Below, piece after piece: positions 1 to 14,770 of a stretch of 64,000 bases of DNA. The stretch lies in the NCBI RefSeq assembly GCF_009914755.1, contig NC_060926.1, one strand, 5' to 3'. The notes beneath the pieces are model-generated. The model did not search any database and was not told the origin of the DNA. It saw nothing but the letters and a program-made list of their open reading frames with translations. The position numbers were made by a program, and so were the translations under genes. Numbering within the stretch: position 1 is the first letter of the stretch; the number at the start of each line of letters is the position of its first letter. Source of the stretch: the human T2T-CHM13v2.0 reference genome, Homo sapiens.

Positions 1-89
1 GTGTGAATATAACCAAGGAACATCCCATGATGTATTTCGGTGAAATATGCAAAGCCTGTATCTATTTCCGTGCATTCTCAGCATGAGTG

Positions 90-600
90 GTAGGCACTCA
101 GTGGTTTGGCTCCCCCAAAATGCCCGTGTCCTCAAGCCCAGAACCTGTGAAAATGCACCTTATATGGCAAAAGGAACTCTGCATATGTGCTTAAATTAGG
201 GATCTTAAGAAGGGGGGTTATTCTGAATTATCCAAGAGGGTTTATCACAAGCACAAGGGTCCTTAAAGCCAAAGAAGGAAGCAGGAGGGTCAGAGATTTG
301 AAGATGCTACGATGCTTTAAAGATGGAGTAAAGGGCCAGGGAGTAAGGAATGTGGGCAGACTCTAAAAGCCAGAAAAGGCAAGGAAACAGACCCTCTCCT
401 AGAGCCTCCAGAAAGGAATGCAGCCCTGCCCAGTGCCTTGATTTTAGCTCAGCAAAACCCAATTCTGACTTCTAGGTCTTTAAGACAGATCATTCCAGAC
501 CATTACAGTTCTTCCAGATCTGTAAGACAAGAAATATGTATTGTTTTAAGCCACCAAGTTTTTGGTAACTTGTTACACCAGCCACGGGGAACCAGTACAA
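90..600 (+). mobile_element. MaLR solo LTR (MLT1C/D-like)
   Basis: Typical MLT1 motifs (aggcaaggaaacaga..ctagagcctccagaaaggaatgcagccctgc; 3' end aagccaccaagt..ttgttaca). Confidence 0.75.
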
Positions 601-1153
601 CATGGGAACTCCAGAATAGTTATGCTCAGCAAAGACACCGAGGTAGAAGGCAGGATGCAGATTTTGCTTATGTGTTTGTCCTCTGGGAAATAGTGCTTCT
701 TCTCTGTCTTCAATTACAAAAGTTTCACAGAACAATTGTTACCTATGGATAGTACCTGTGGATAAACCTTATTATCTGTGGTGCGCCGCTATCTTAGTCT
801 AGCCTAGCCTAGGGATTGATTGAGTTGATTTCTCAACCTATTAAAAAATCCTGACCCATAGAGGTCATCTCTGAGTAACACTCCATAATTTAGGAAAATA
901 TGTGAGTATCATAAAATATTATGGCTTAGGGAAAATTCCTTCTTGGCAATTCAAGAGGGTGGCAACTGTGAGGAAAGGAGCGACTGCCCCCAGAAGAAGG
1001 GAGGGAACAGGTCAGAGGGTAGACGTTGGGTCCTTGAGGACAAAGGTGAGGCAAGGTGGCCAGGACCAGATGGTTGTGACTAAGGAACTTTCAGGAAAAG
1101 CGGTATCCAGTGTTGAGATTTCATTAGCTCCTGTCCCACCTTTTGTTGCCCTA

Positions 1154-1390
<237 letters not shown>

Positions 1391-1546
1391 TTGAATGAGA
1401 TTTTGAAAATTGTGATGAAAGCTATGGGCTCTATTAAATTAATTTTAAGGATATCCAATAAATGTGAAAATCTTTTTAAAAGTGACTTTAAGCAAACAGT
1501 ACTGCTGCACATTTTGTTTACTTTGCACATCAGGAAAAATATTCTC

Positions 1547-2123
<577 letters not shown>

Positions 2124-2181
2124 TAAAAAGTATTGAGTATTCTTCTAGTTATATGTAGATGTGGATTGAGATACAATAACT

Positions 2182-2548
<367 letters not shown>

Positions 2549-2557
2549 TTATCAACG

Positions 2558-3013
2558 TGTCACAGGCAGAATGGCATTCCCCACCCAAGATGTCCATGTC
2601 CTCATATCTAGAACCTATGGGTATGTGACCGTACATAACAAAGGGGAATTCAGGTTGCAGATGGCCTTGAGATGGGAAGATCACCCTGGATTATTTAGGT
2701 GGGCTCTGTATCATCACAGGGGTCCTGAAAAGTGGGAGAGGGAGGCAAAGGAGAGTGATGTGATGCGAAAACAACTCACCTTTGCTGGCTTTGAAATAGA
2801 GGGAGGGAGGGGCCACCACCAAGGAATGCAGGTGGCCTGTAGAATCTGGGCAAGGCAAGGAAACAGATCCTCCCAGAGCCCACAGAAATGAACGCAGCCC
2901 TGCCAGCACCTTGGGTTTGGCCTGGTGAGCTCTGCATCAGAGTTCTGACCTACAGAATTGTAAGATAATGCCTGTGTGTCTAAGCCACTCGGCAGCAATA
3001 GAAAACTCATAAT
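2558..3013 (+). mobile_element. MaLR solo LTR (MLT1C/D-like)
   Basis: Same motif set as 90-600. Confidence 0.72.
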
Positions 3014-3254
3014 ATTTTAGAAGATGAGTCATGGCCATCAGATAAGGGCTGCCTGGAGATGACAAGCAGAACCAGCATGGGGACTGGACTCTCTCTCAAG
3101 GGGTCCCTTATTCAAGATAAACATGTGGCCCTTTCAACATACGATACTTGGTAAATGACGACTCAAGGAATAAAGATGTCGTGCATTTGTAAGCTCTCTC
3201 ACACACATGCCAGAATTCTCATGTATTCTCACAGGGTTCCAGGAATGCTATAAG

Positions 3255-3660
3255 TATCTATAACAGTAGAATGAATTACTCCAACATTTAGTGGCTTAAA
3301 ACAATGACAATCATTTATTACTTCTCAGAGTTTCTGTGGGTCAGGAATACTGACAAGGCTCAGAGGGGCCAGCTTGTTTCATTCCACCGTATCTAGGATA
3401 TCAGCTGGGAGACCCTAAGCATAAGAGCTGGAATCATCTGAAGGATCTTTTATTTACATACAGGCTTTCCATGTGGCTTGGGCTTCCTCACAACATGGTG
3501 GCCTAGGGCAAGTGGGTGGGAGTAGGGGAGAAGAAACAAGTAGAAGCTGTAGAGCTTTTTATGAGCCAGCCTCAGAAATCCTGCCTCATTACTTTTGCTG
3601 CATTCTGTGGTTGGAGAAATTACACATATAGAAAACATGGACACCACCTTTCTATTGCTT
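3255..3660 (-). mobile_element. MaLR LTR fragment (MLT1F/G-like)
   Basis: tagtggcttaaaacaatgacaatcatttatt..tctgtgggtcaggaat: reverse MLT 3' end. Confidence 0.55.
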
Positions 3661-3989
3661 CCCATAAAAAAAAAAAAAAGGAGTAAAACTGATCTGGATT
3701 CAAATCCTAGCTCAGTCATTTCTTTGCTGTGTGAATTAGGAAAGTTGACTAGAGCTCTTTGAACAGTAATAATAGAATGTTTTAGGTGTAATAATTTATC
3801 TTTTGCACATAATAAAATGGAGGCTTAAAGAGCTTCTTGGCTCCCTGCTGGAATAACATCTTCAGCTGACAAAGCATAGCATGCATATCTTATTGATGTT
3901 CACTGCCACCCTGTGAGACATCATTGCTGTCTTCAGTGAGCCAAAGAACTGAATGAGGCACTCAATTTCAGCCTAATGACTTACATGGC

Positions 3990-4455
3990 CAAAGATGGTG
4001 TGACAGACTGAACTAGTAGCTGGCTCTGCACTACCTCCCAGAAATGGGATTATACACCTACAATTTTGCCACATAACTTTGCAGGGCCCTCTGCTGTGGT
4101 GGTGTGTGTGTCCCTTCCTGACTCTGGGCTCAGTCTTGTGACTTGCCTTGTCCAAGGGGATATCAGTGGACATGAAGGGTGCAGCCGCTTGGAATGTGCT
4201 TGCACACTTGCACACTGGGGTTTCTTTTCTTGCACTTCTGCCATCACTAAGATGCCTGGTCTAGCCTGGTGGTGCCAGTAGGAGAATGAGAGCTCCATAG
4301 GGTAGAGCTGAAAAGCCCAGCAGAGCCCACCCTAGATTTGCTGGCTCACAGCTGGCCCTAAAAGGGTGAGCAAAGTGAATGCTTGAAGTTGTGTGCTGCT
4401 GAGATTTTGTGAGTGTTTGTTATGCAGCATTTTTGTGGGCAAAGCTAACTGATAC
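3990..4455 (+). mobile_element. MaLR LTR (MLT1G/H-like)
   Basis: Ends ctgagattttgtgagtgtttgttatgcagcatt..agctaactgataca. Confidence 0.55.
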
Positions 4456-5016
4456 AGATTGCTGGTAAGACCAATACATAGTCGAATGGCCAAACTACAA
4501 GCTACAAACACAATCTGGGTATATCTGGTCTTCACTGCAGAGTTATTTCACCAAAGAAGGGCAAAAAGCAAGAAAAGGAAATTTGATCTGTGGCATTTCT
4601 GGATTATTTCTCCTTGTTCTTGCCCTCCTCTCCTCCCCCATATACCCCTCCGACCCTCACCTAGGAGCCCAAAGCCTTTATGAGGCACTGATTAACCAAA
4701 GCTCCCACTGCTGGCTTCACAAAGACCTGCTGCTGATCCCATGCTATATGAATCAAGCTCTGTCATATTACAGTCCACAAGCATATCAAATAAAAATCTC
4801 ATGAAGCTCTTTATCCAAGTATGGGAAGGATACTAATGAAATTGTTTCAAGTTCAGGCAAATGGATAAAGCACACAAAAGTCTAGAGACACATAATGTTT
4901 CATACATTTCCTAAAACACTTCTTAGAGCTAGTTGAAGTGGAAGAGCTTTGTAGCTGTGCGTAAGGTCTGCAGCCATGGGGGGTTGAGGAGCATTTTGAT
5001 GTTTAAAGTGATGGCT

Positions 5017-5320
5017 GTGTCCGGGTACAGTGCCTTACGCCTGTAGTCCCAGCGCTTTTGGAGGCTGAGGTGGGCAGATTACTTGAGCCCAGGAGTTCAA
5101 GACCAGCTTGGGCAACATGGCAAAATCCCATCTCTACAAAAAATACAAAAAATAGCCCAGCAAGGTGGCATGTGCCTGTAGTCCCAGTTACTCAGAAGGC
5201 TGAGGCAGAAGGGTCAATTGAGCCCAGAAAGTTGAGACTGCAGTGAGCTGTGTTCGTACCACTGCACTCCAGCCTGGGCAACAGAGTGAGAACCTGTCTA
5301 AAATAAATAAATAAATAAAA
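5017..5320 (+). mobile_element. AluJ with (TAAA)n tail
   Basis: Full dimer. Confidence 0.87.
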
Positions 5321-5434
5321 TCAAGTGATCACTGTAAAGTTATTCCTATGAAGCTCACAACTCCTACTGCTGTGCATTAGGAGTACAGGACTATGCTGGT
5401 CACTGGCAGAACTGTCTTTAATTCACACTTTTAA

Positions 5435-6008
<574 letters not shown>

Positions 6009-6011
6009 TGA

Positions 6012-6720
<709 letters not shown>

Positions 6721-6840
6721 GGCTGATCATTCAAACCATCTTTGATATTTCTGGGACAGAAGACGTTCACTACTTTAAGGCTTGGCTTGCTCTCACAGTG
6801 GAGTTTTCACTCAGAGCTTATAAGTGCCTGGAAGGACCGT

Positions 6841-6842
<2 letters not shown>

Positions 6843-6887
<45 letters not shown>
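6843..6887. repeat. (CA)~22 microsatellite
   Basis: Direct reading. Confidence 0.95.
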
Positions 6888-6889
<2 letters not shown>

Positions 6890-6984
6890 CTAGAATTCTT
6901 GGCTCTATTCACAGAAGATAAATCTGCAGCACATTCCTGGTAAATGTCACTGGGTCCCATGTTGCTGGAGAAACTTCCATTTTA

Positions 6985-7380
6985 ATTCAGCAAATCTTTA
7001 TTAGGCACCTACTATGTGCCTGGCATGATGAGAGAACAGCTCTTACCATAGGAGAGATATTGTTGATTAATTAATTTATTGAACGTTTGTTGCATTATAA
7101 TGCTCCAAGCCCTGTGCAAGAGAAATATGGTCCTTGTCTTCATGACAATTATAATTTAATGGGGAAGCTGTTTGTTTGCCAAACATTTATTGGGTAGCTA
7201 CTATGTGTCAGCTACTGTTATAGACACTGGAATAGAATGGGGAGCAAAACAGACAAAAATTAATCCTGGCCCTTGTGGAGCTTATGTTTTAATGGGGGAC
7301 ACAAACCATACACAAGATAAATAACTAAAGTATATGGTGAGTTAGACGGGAATAAGTGCTAAGAAAAACATAAAGCAAGT
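6985..7380 (-). mobile_element. L2 fragments
   Basis: Repeated aaacatttattg..ctactatgtg reverse L2 3' ends. Confidence 0.6.
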
Positions 7381-7890
7381 GCATTAATCTCCCATTGCTG
7401 CTATAACAAATTAGCACAGATTTAGTGGCTTAAATGACAAAAATTTATTATCTTATAGTTCTGGAGGTCAGAAGTCCAAAAATGGGTCAATAGGGATGTG
7501 ATCCTTCTGGAATCTCTAGGAGAGAATCTGTTTTCTTCCATTTTCCAGTTTGTAGAGGCAGCCCACATTCCCTGGCTGGTGGCCCCCTCCTGCATCTTCA
7601 AAGTCAGCCCAGCGGCATCTTCCAATCTCTCTCTCTCCCTTGCCTTCCTCTCCTCTCTCTCTCTCTTACACCTGTCATCATATCTCCTCTGATTCTGACC
7701 CTCCTGCCTTCCTCGTATAAGGCCTCCTGTGATTACACTGGGCCCACTCAGATAATCTGGGATAATATCTTCATCTCAAGGTCCTTAATTTAATCAGACC
7801 TGTAAAGTCCTTTGCCACTTAGACTAACATATCTACTTGTTTCAGGGATTAGGATGTGGGCATCTTAGGGGACCATTATTCTTTCTACTG
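7381..7890 (-). mobile_element. MaLR LTR (MLT1C/D-like)
   Basis: Reverse of the motif set at 90-600. Confidence 0.72.
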
Positions 7891-8429
7891 TGGCAAGGAA
7901 GGGGGACATGAAGTGTTGGGGAACAGGGATGCCATTTTAGAGAAGATGTTAGGGAAAGTCGCATTGAGAAGGTGGCTTTGGACCAAATACATAAGGAAAC
8001 AAAAGTCCTGGTGAAGGGGTCAGGGAGACAGAGAAGCAGATGACAAGGGTGGGGGTGTGATGGGTATATTTAGGGGGCAACAAGGAGGCCAGTGTGGCCG
8101 AAGAGGAGAGAACAGGCTAGAAGTAGAGATGCTGTGGCGAGAGAGACAGTCATAGGCTGAATTATGTCCCCAAAATTCATATATTAAAGTCCTAACTCCC
8201 AGTACCCCAGAATATGACTATATTCAGAAATTGGACCTTGAAAGAGATGACTAAGCTAAGACGATGTCATTAGGAAGGGGTCTAATCCAATATGAATGGA
8301 GTTCTTCTAAGAAGGGGAGATGGGGACACAGACACACAGAGGAAAGACCCTGTGAGAACACAGTGAGAAGGCAGCATCCACAAGCCAAGGGGAAACCAAC
8401 CCTGCAACAGCTTGATCTTGGCTCTTTGA

Positions 8430-8806
<377 letters not shown>

Positions 8807-9085
8807 TTTTTTTTTTTTTGAGATGGTCTTGCTCTGTCCTCCAGGCTAGAGTGCCGTGGTATGATCACAGCTTACTGCAACCTTGACCTCCTGGGCTCAA
8901 GCCATCCTCCCTGCACAGCCTCCGGAGTAGCTGGGACTAGAGGCTCACACCACTGTGCCTGGCTAATTGTTGTATTTTTTGTAGAGATGGGGTTTCACCA
9001 TGTTGCCCAGGCTGGTCTCGAACTCCTGGGCTCAAGCAATCCTCCCAAAGTGTTGGATTATAGGCATGAGGCATCATGCCAGGCC
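8807..9085 (-). mobile_element. AluJ
   Basis: Diverged dimer with a small left-arm deletion. Confidence 0.82.
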
Positions 9086-9139
9086 TGTGGAAGGTTTTTA
9101 TGGCAGCCCTTGCTGGGTAACACAGGTACACAGGTAGAG

Positions 9140-9603
9140 ACACCAGGCGCCTTTGCTCTGGACTATATTCTCAAGGATGTTTGCAGAGCAAACAGCCTTG
9201 GAAGACAGAGATAATGTTTTCTGCCACAGTCAAGGGTAGACATGCTTACTGTCCATGATAAAAACAGTGTCTCCCTCTGGAGTGAAGGGCAGACACACTT
9301 ACTGCCCGTATGAAAGATCTGAGCTCTCTAAGCTAAGGGTTAAAAACTTATAAAACTCGTATAGGGCAGCTGACTCCAAGTACAGGCTTCACCTGGGCCT
9401 CATGTTGCCCGTGGGAATTGGGTCTCAGTAAACTGGTGCATGAAAATGCTGATATTCCAGCTAATGCTACTATTATGAATAACAAAGTCCTTTGTTTCTG
9501 ATCTGGGAGTCTCATGTCTTCTGCCAGCATCCATGAATTGTGGCAGGCTAACTTGTTAGCTTACAAGTAGGGGAATAGCTCAGCCCCTGAGCAGCTCTTG
9601 ATA
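9140..9603 (+). mobile_element. ERV-class solo LTR (MER-type, subfamily not assigned)
   Basis: 3' end aaagtcctttgtttctgatctgggagtctcatgtcttctgccagcatccatg..ggctaacttgttagctt resembles ERV LTR consensus. Confidence 0.55.
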
Positions 9604-9619
9604 AGAGCTCATGCCTGTG

Positions 9620-10330
9620 GGGCGAGGCCAGATGGGAGTCATTGGAGGGTTTTGAGAAAAGGCATGACAAGTCCGGACGTAGGTTTTGTAAGTTTCACCA
9701 GGTAGGAAGCAGTGAGCTATTACAATTGTTAGATCTAGTGATGGTCCAGCTAGATGATCCTGACTTCAGCCGAGTGGTGAGAAGTCGTGGGATTCTGGAT
9801 CCTCTGAAGGTGGAGCTGACACCATTTGGGATATGAGAGAATGATAAGCAAAAAGGACAGCACTGAATTTTTCGCCTAAGCAAATGGTGGCCTGGAGTTG
9901 CCGATGACTGGGATGGAGAAGATTTTTAGGAGATGTAGCCGGAAGGGATGGCAGGAGTTCAGCTGGCGACATGCTGGACTTAAACACCAGCTAGGCTTCA
10001 GGAAATGTTGAGGATGCAGGTGGATGTGAATTTGTTATTCAGGGGTGAGGTCACGGCTGGAGATACATATGAGCTTCATTAACCTGTGTATGATATTCAA
10101 AGCCATAAGACAGGGGCGATCACAGCAAATAGCAAAGAAAAGAGGCCTAACCATAAGCCCTGGGGCCCTCCATATTTAGAGGTTAGGGGAGTAGAAGAAA
10201 ACCACAAAAGGGACAGTGAAGCCAGAAACACAGCAGGAAGCCCTGGTGAGCACTGGGAGAAGGGGTTTCCAGGAGCGCAAGTGATCAGCTGCTGCTGATA
10301 GGTCAGGTTTGGTGAGGCCACATGCCTGCC
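9620..10330 (-). mobile_element. L2 fragment
   Basis: Purine-rich degenerate L2 ORF2/3' sequence (cattggagggttttgag..gctggagatacatat). Confidence 0.5.
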
Positions 10331-11347
10331 TCTTGGTTACTAGAGTTACTTATGCGTGGACAGCCCGAGGCATGGAGTGATGACCTGTGCCTAAGTGTCA
10401 AGGAGAAGACAAGCAGGTCCGGAATGGTAAAAATGTCAGCACATCTTTGGGAAGTTGTGGAGCCCAGCCAGTAAGCCAACACGGCTGGATACCAGGGTGC
10501 TTAGGCCATAGCAAACTGCATGTGAGCCGGTGAAGGCTCAGCAGGCTTTAAACGGGGATGCCGGCCCGGCTGGCTGAGTTTCAGAAAGACCACGCCGATG
10601 GCTGGGGGCAGGGACTCAGCCAGTGTCCTCAATCCAGGACCTTGTGGGACCGCCCGGCAGCCAGTGCTTCCGCAAATCTGAAGGGTCCCATTTGCCTCAA
10701 AGCGGCGAGACGAGCCTTCCAAGCGCTGCTGCAGTGCGGTCCCAGCTCCGCGGGGGGTCCCCGGGGATGACCTAAATCGGGGATTGCGGTGGGACAGACG
10801 GTCCAGGGGCTAAGGAACCCCGTGGAGCAGGCAGCGGCGCTCAGGAGGCAGCAGCTTGAGATCCACGGCTCGATTTTTAAAAATTGTAAGGGAGAAGGAT
10901 GCCTCGAAAGCCTCTGTGGTATTTTGTCGCATCTCGCACCCCTGTCTAAACTTCAGTCCACTCGTGGAGTGTGGACCCCCACGCCGCATGGGCTCAGGAG
11001 GCGCTTCGCCTTTGGAAAGAAATCGCATGTATTAAGGGAAAGCACGTGTGCTACTTTGAGAAAGGAGGCAGAAAGTTACCAAACGCGGGAAGGGGAGGCT
11101 CGCCAACCAAGCGAGGCCGTGGGACACTGGCGAGTCGCAGAGGCTCCTGGAGCCAGCCGCTTGGAAACAAACAACAACGCGGCGGGCGAACTCCCGGGCA
11201 GCCTCCCCCGTGCCGGGGCGCGGGGGCCGCCGCGAGAACCCGGGCAGGAGCTGGCAGGCGCGGGGCCTGGCCGGCGGGAGGGTCCCGCACCCCGGCCCAG
11301 TGTGAACACCCCGCGCACCCCCCTGGCCCGGCCCGCCGGGGGCGCGG

Positions 11348-11367
11348 ACTACAAGTCCCAGGAAGCC
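11348..11367 (+). promoter_or_regulatory. ACTACAnnTCCCA (ZNF143/THAP11-HCFC1) promoter motif
   Basis: ACTACAAGTCCCAGGAAGCC matches the extended ZNF143 SBS / ACTACAnnTCCCR element typical of CpG-island promoters. Confidence 0.8.
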
Positions 11368-11472
11368 CAGAGGCAGGCGCGGGGCGGGGCCTGGCGCAAT
11401 TCCCCGGGATCCGGCGCGCTGGGAAGCGCCGAGGAGGACGCAGCGCCGGCGGCCGGAGGGCGGCAAGCGCGC

Positions 11473-11525
11473 GGGCAGGCGGGGCGCGGGCGCGGGCGCG
11501 GGCGAGGGCGAAGGCGGGGGCGGGG
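11473..11525 (+). repeat. (GGGCGC)n-like G-rich tract, G-quadruplex-prone
   Basis: gggcaggcggggcgcgggcgcgggcgcgggcgagggcgaaggcgggggcgggg: at least 7 G3+ runs with short loops. Confidence 0.7.
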
Positions 11526-11806
11526 CCGACGTGGGCCGGAGCCCTGCGTGCCAGGGAGGGGGCCGGCCGGGCAGGCGGCGGGCGGCGCTCGGAGCGGGCT
11601 CCGCGGCTTGCAAGGCGCCTGCGACTCGGTCCCAGGTCGGCGGGCGGCGCACGGCGGGCTCGCGCGGGGGCCCCGGCGCGCCGGGCGGCGCAGTACGCAG
11701 CGCGCGGACCCACGCCACGGCCAGGAGCCCAGAGCAGCGCGGCCACACTGCCCAGGGGTCGGCCCTCGGCCCCGGCGCTCGGAGCGCGGCGGCTGCCTGG
11801 GCTTTA

Positions 11807-11833
11807 ATGGCTGCTCCGCGGAGCAGCGCCTAG
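11807..11833 (+). other. uORF1 (MAAPRSSA*)
   Basis: ATG at 11807, TAG ends 11833; upstream of the main ATG. Only a uORF if the TSS lies upstream. Confidence 0.55.
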
Positions 11834-11913
11834 GGCTGGAAGGCGGCTGCGGCTCAGGAAGTCACCCGAGCAAGCCTCCTTCGGGGCCGGCCGCACCCGC
11901 CGCGGCGCGCTCC

Positions 11914-11946
11914 ATGGGGGCGCGCTCCCCCCGGGCGGCCCGCTGA
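11914..11946 (+). other. uORF2 (MGARSPRAAR*)
   Basis: ATG at 11914 with +4 G, TGA ends 11946. Confidence 0.55.
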
Positions 11947-11992
11947 CCCGGGACGCCGGGGCCCGCTCGCTCGCCGGCCGCGCGTCCCGGCC

Positions 11993-12001
11993 ATGAACTG
12001 A
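11993..12001 (+). other. uORF3 (MN*), in frame with the AGAP1 CDS
   Basis: gccATGAACTGA, -3 purine, 189 nt upstream of the main ATG. Confidence 0.6.
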
Positions 12002-12181
12002 GCCCGCGGGCCAGCCCCGCGCCTGCTCCGCCCGCGCCTTTCTTCTCGCGCCTCCTCCGCCCGCCGCCGGCGGGCCCGGCTCCCCGGGGGCTGCGGCGCC
12101 CCGGGCTCGGCGGCCCGCGGGCCCCGGGGCGCGGGGCGGCGGCGGCGGGGGGCGCGCGGCTCCGGGCGCGGCGCCTGCACC

Positions 12182-12344
12182 ATGAACTACCAGCAGCAGC
12201 TGGCCAACTCGGCTGCCATCCGGGCCGAGATCCAGCGCTTCGAGTCGGTCCACCCCAACATCTACTCCATCTACGAGCTGCTGGAGCGCGTGGAGGAGCC
12301 GGTGCTGCAGAACCAGATCCGGGAGCACGTCATCGCCATCGAAG
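12182..12344 (+). CDS. AGAP1: AGAP1 (ArfGAP with GTPase domain, ankyrin repeat and PH domain 1) first coding exon, 163 nt, phase-1 donor
   Basis: ATG in good Kozak context (caccATGa) inside a CpG island. Translation MNYQQQLANSAAIRAEIQRFESVHPNIYSIYELLERVEEPVLQNQIREHVIAIE matches the AGAP1 N-terminus as I recall it. Donor GAAG|GTGAGG at 12344/12345; the last G starts the Asp codon of the next exon (DAFVNSQEW). Confidence 0.97.
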
Positions 12345-14589
12345 GTGAGGGCCGGGCCGCCTTGGGGCCTCGGGAAGGCACGGACGCCCGCGGCGCGGCG
12401 GGGGTGTGCGCTGTGTGCGTGCGGGTGTCCACACACGCCGGCCGGGGCACGCGGCTGCTCCGCCGAGGGAGCACTGCGGCGCTGCTTGTCTTGCAAGGCC
12501 GGGCGAGCGTCGCCTGCGCCCCGCCGCGCCGCGAGCTCCGCCAGGAAGATAGATCGTCAGCGTTAATTTGATCGTGGACAATAGAGTCTCTCCTGCGGGA
12601 AAGTGGCTCGGTGCCTCCGCGTCCTGGGCTGCCGGAGCGTCCCGGCCCAGCAGACGCCTGGGGGCAGCCGGCGGGGTCGGCGCCACCCGACCCCTGACAG
12701 GTTACCAGGCCAGGCCTGGGCGTCTTGCTGGACGTTGAAGACGTGTTCTGAGAAGTGCTGCCGCTGGGGGCGAGGCCCGGGCCGGCGTGTTTGGGCGGTG
12801 CAGGGCTGCCCTCCTTAGTGTGTTTGCTTAATTCAGGGGTGCAGTTGAACTTAGTGGATGCCGAGAGCCAGCCCTAGCCGCGGGAGCATCGTGTCCAGGT
12901 GCCCCTGTGCAAACGCTGGAACCGGTAGTGTGCTTTGTACCAACCAAAAGTCCGGGGTTGGATTAGAGGAAGAACCCTACCAGGAGGGCAGGGCGTCCTC
13001 CAGCGGAAGGGTCTCGCTTTCATATGTCTGCAGTTGGAGGCCACTGAAGTGGAGGGTGCTGTGGTTTTAAGAGGGGCAGGATGCTTGGGCAGAATCCCCA
13101 CCCGCTTCCCTCTGCATGTCAGGCAGGGCCATGGCCTTCCAGGAGAGCTACAGCAGCAGTCTGCCTTCCGGGGCTGTGCCCTCTGGATTTCTGGTGGCTC
13201 TCATTTCTCTGTTTCCAGGCTGCTGATTTATTTTCTTGCTTCATCCCTTTGGTCCGGCCAAGACTCACCTGGGGCACCAGGTGGCATGTGCGTGGGCAGT
13301 GTGGAGTCATATCTTAGCCACGGTTGATCAGCACTTTCTCCCTTCTCAGCGCTGTTGGCCAGTGATGGTAAAAAGCCTGCAGAGTGGCTTGTCCATAATA
13401 CAGACTGGCCGGTAAGACCTCTATTGAGGAACATTGAGAATGGCCCAAAGCTGGCAGGAATGTGCCTGAAAGCCTGGTGCTGGCGTTGCCCAGCCTCCTC
13501 CCTCTGTGAGGGAGAGGGTATCAGCCCACAGAGAGGCTTTGCCTTGGCACTATGTAGTCTGAACTACTAACCCCGAAGTGCTTTGGTTTGAAACTTGGCC
13601 AGTTAGGTGGAGAAAGTGGATGTTGTGTTGCTGAGCCCTTGGCATTTGGCAGCCCTGTAGACTTGAACCATGTCCCAGCCAGGCTGGATGACTGGCAGAC
13701 TATACCCTTGGGGGACTTGTTAATTCCAGGGGAGGATCCGGGTGGAGCTCCAGCCTTATGGGGTCCTAGCCCTTTGTGTGTATCTGTCTCCCATGAGGTC
13801 ACCTGGCTGCCTTGTTGGTGACTTAAGATGCTCTGTGGATTCCTCAAGAGATGGGCTCTGTCTGCCTCTGCATGACTCGTGATGAGTGGCGGTGGGACCT
13901 GGACCCATCTGCTGATGATCAGGTGGTGTTGCAGCAAGGTTCCTCCAGAGCTCCAGCTCTGCGTCTGTTACGGGAGCTGTGAAGGCTGCACGGTGCTCAT
14001 TTCAGATGGTTCTTCCTGGCTCTCTGGCTGCATCCACAGAAGTCTGATGAAACACTGTGAAAGCCGGCGTCAGGTATTGAAGGCACCTGGCTGAGAGCCT
14101 CTTTTGCTGCATGAAGACCTCTGGCTGAGTGGGGTTCACAACACCTCGTTTTTATTTCCCATTCTTGAAGCTGAGCTCTGGGGCTCAAGCACTTCCAGCA
14201 AAGCAGTTTGACTTTCTAGCAAGAGGATGTGGTTGCATTTTCCTTTCTCCCTTAAAAGAAAAAAAAAATGCGTCGTTCCTAGATGATGGTTTTTTTTGAC
14301 AGCACGATGCCTACCTTTGCGATTTGAGATTTTAGGCCCCTTCTTGGCCGGGATCCTTGTCATTTTTAATAAGGCTTAGAATCATTGGGTGAATCCTGTT
14401 TGGGACTGGGGTGATGCTGTTATTTTTCTCTTAGAAATAGGGATGTCTACATTATGTGGAGCTGTAGTTAATTTAGTGAGGCTTAAGAACCACTCAGACA
14501 TGCTGCTGTTCTTTGCATGTTCTTCTGTTATCAATAATGATACCACTTTTCATTTCTGTAGAACTTTAACAGAAATATTTTTGCATGTA

Positions 14590-14770
14590 TAGTCTCATTG
14601 TGTGGCTTCACCAACCCTGTGAGGGAGGGTGGGTAGCTTCCTCATCCTCATTTTATGGAGGAGCGGGTGGAGGTTCAGGGAGGGATAATGACCTCCTTAA
14701 CATTTGACTGAGGTGGTTTGAAGTCTGATCTGAACCAAGGGATCATTTGAATGGAGTTTCTGTCTCCACA
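14590..14770 (-). mobile_element. MIR
   Basis: aaccctgtgagg..cattttatggaggag..gaggttcagggaggg core. Confidence 0.5.

Larger units (their letters stand above)
10550..12800. promoter_or_regulatory. AGAP1: CpG island promoter / 5' UTR of AGAP1
   Basis: Very high GC and CpG density, multiple GGGGCGGGG GC boxes (e.g. ~11381-11389 and ~11517-11525), no obvious TATA box, spans exon 1. Confidence 0.93.

Noticed and set aside
12345-12571. Continuation of the AGAP1 ORF to 129 aa
   Set aside because: Read-through past a strong splice donor into GC-rich intron; similarity to AGAP1 ends at the donor.
10789-12686. Long overlapping ORFs (230-385 aa) on both strands of the CpG island
   Set aside because: Stop codons are rare in very GC-rich DNA; products are low-complexity Arg/Gly/Pro/Ala and mostly lack ATG starts.
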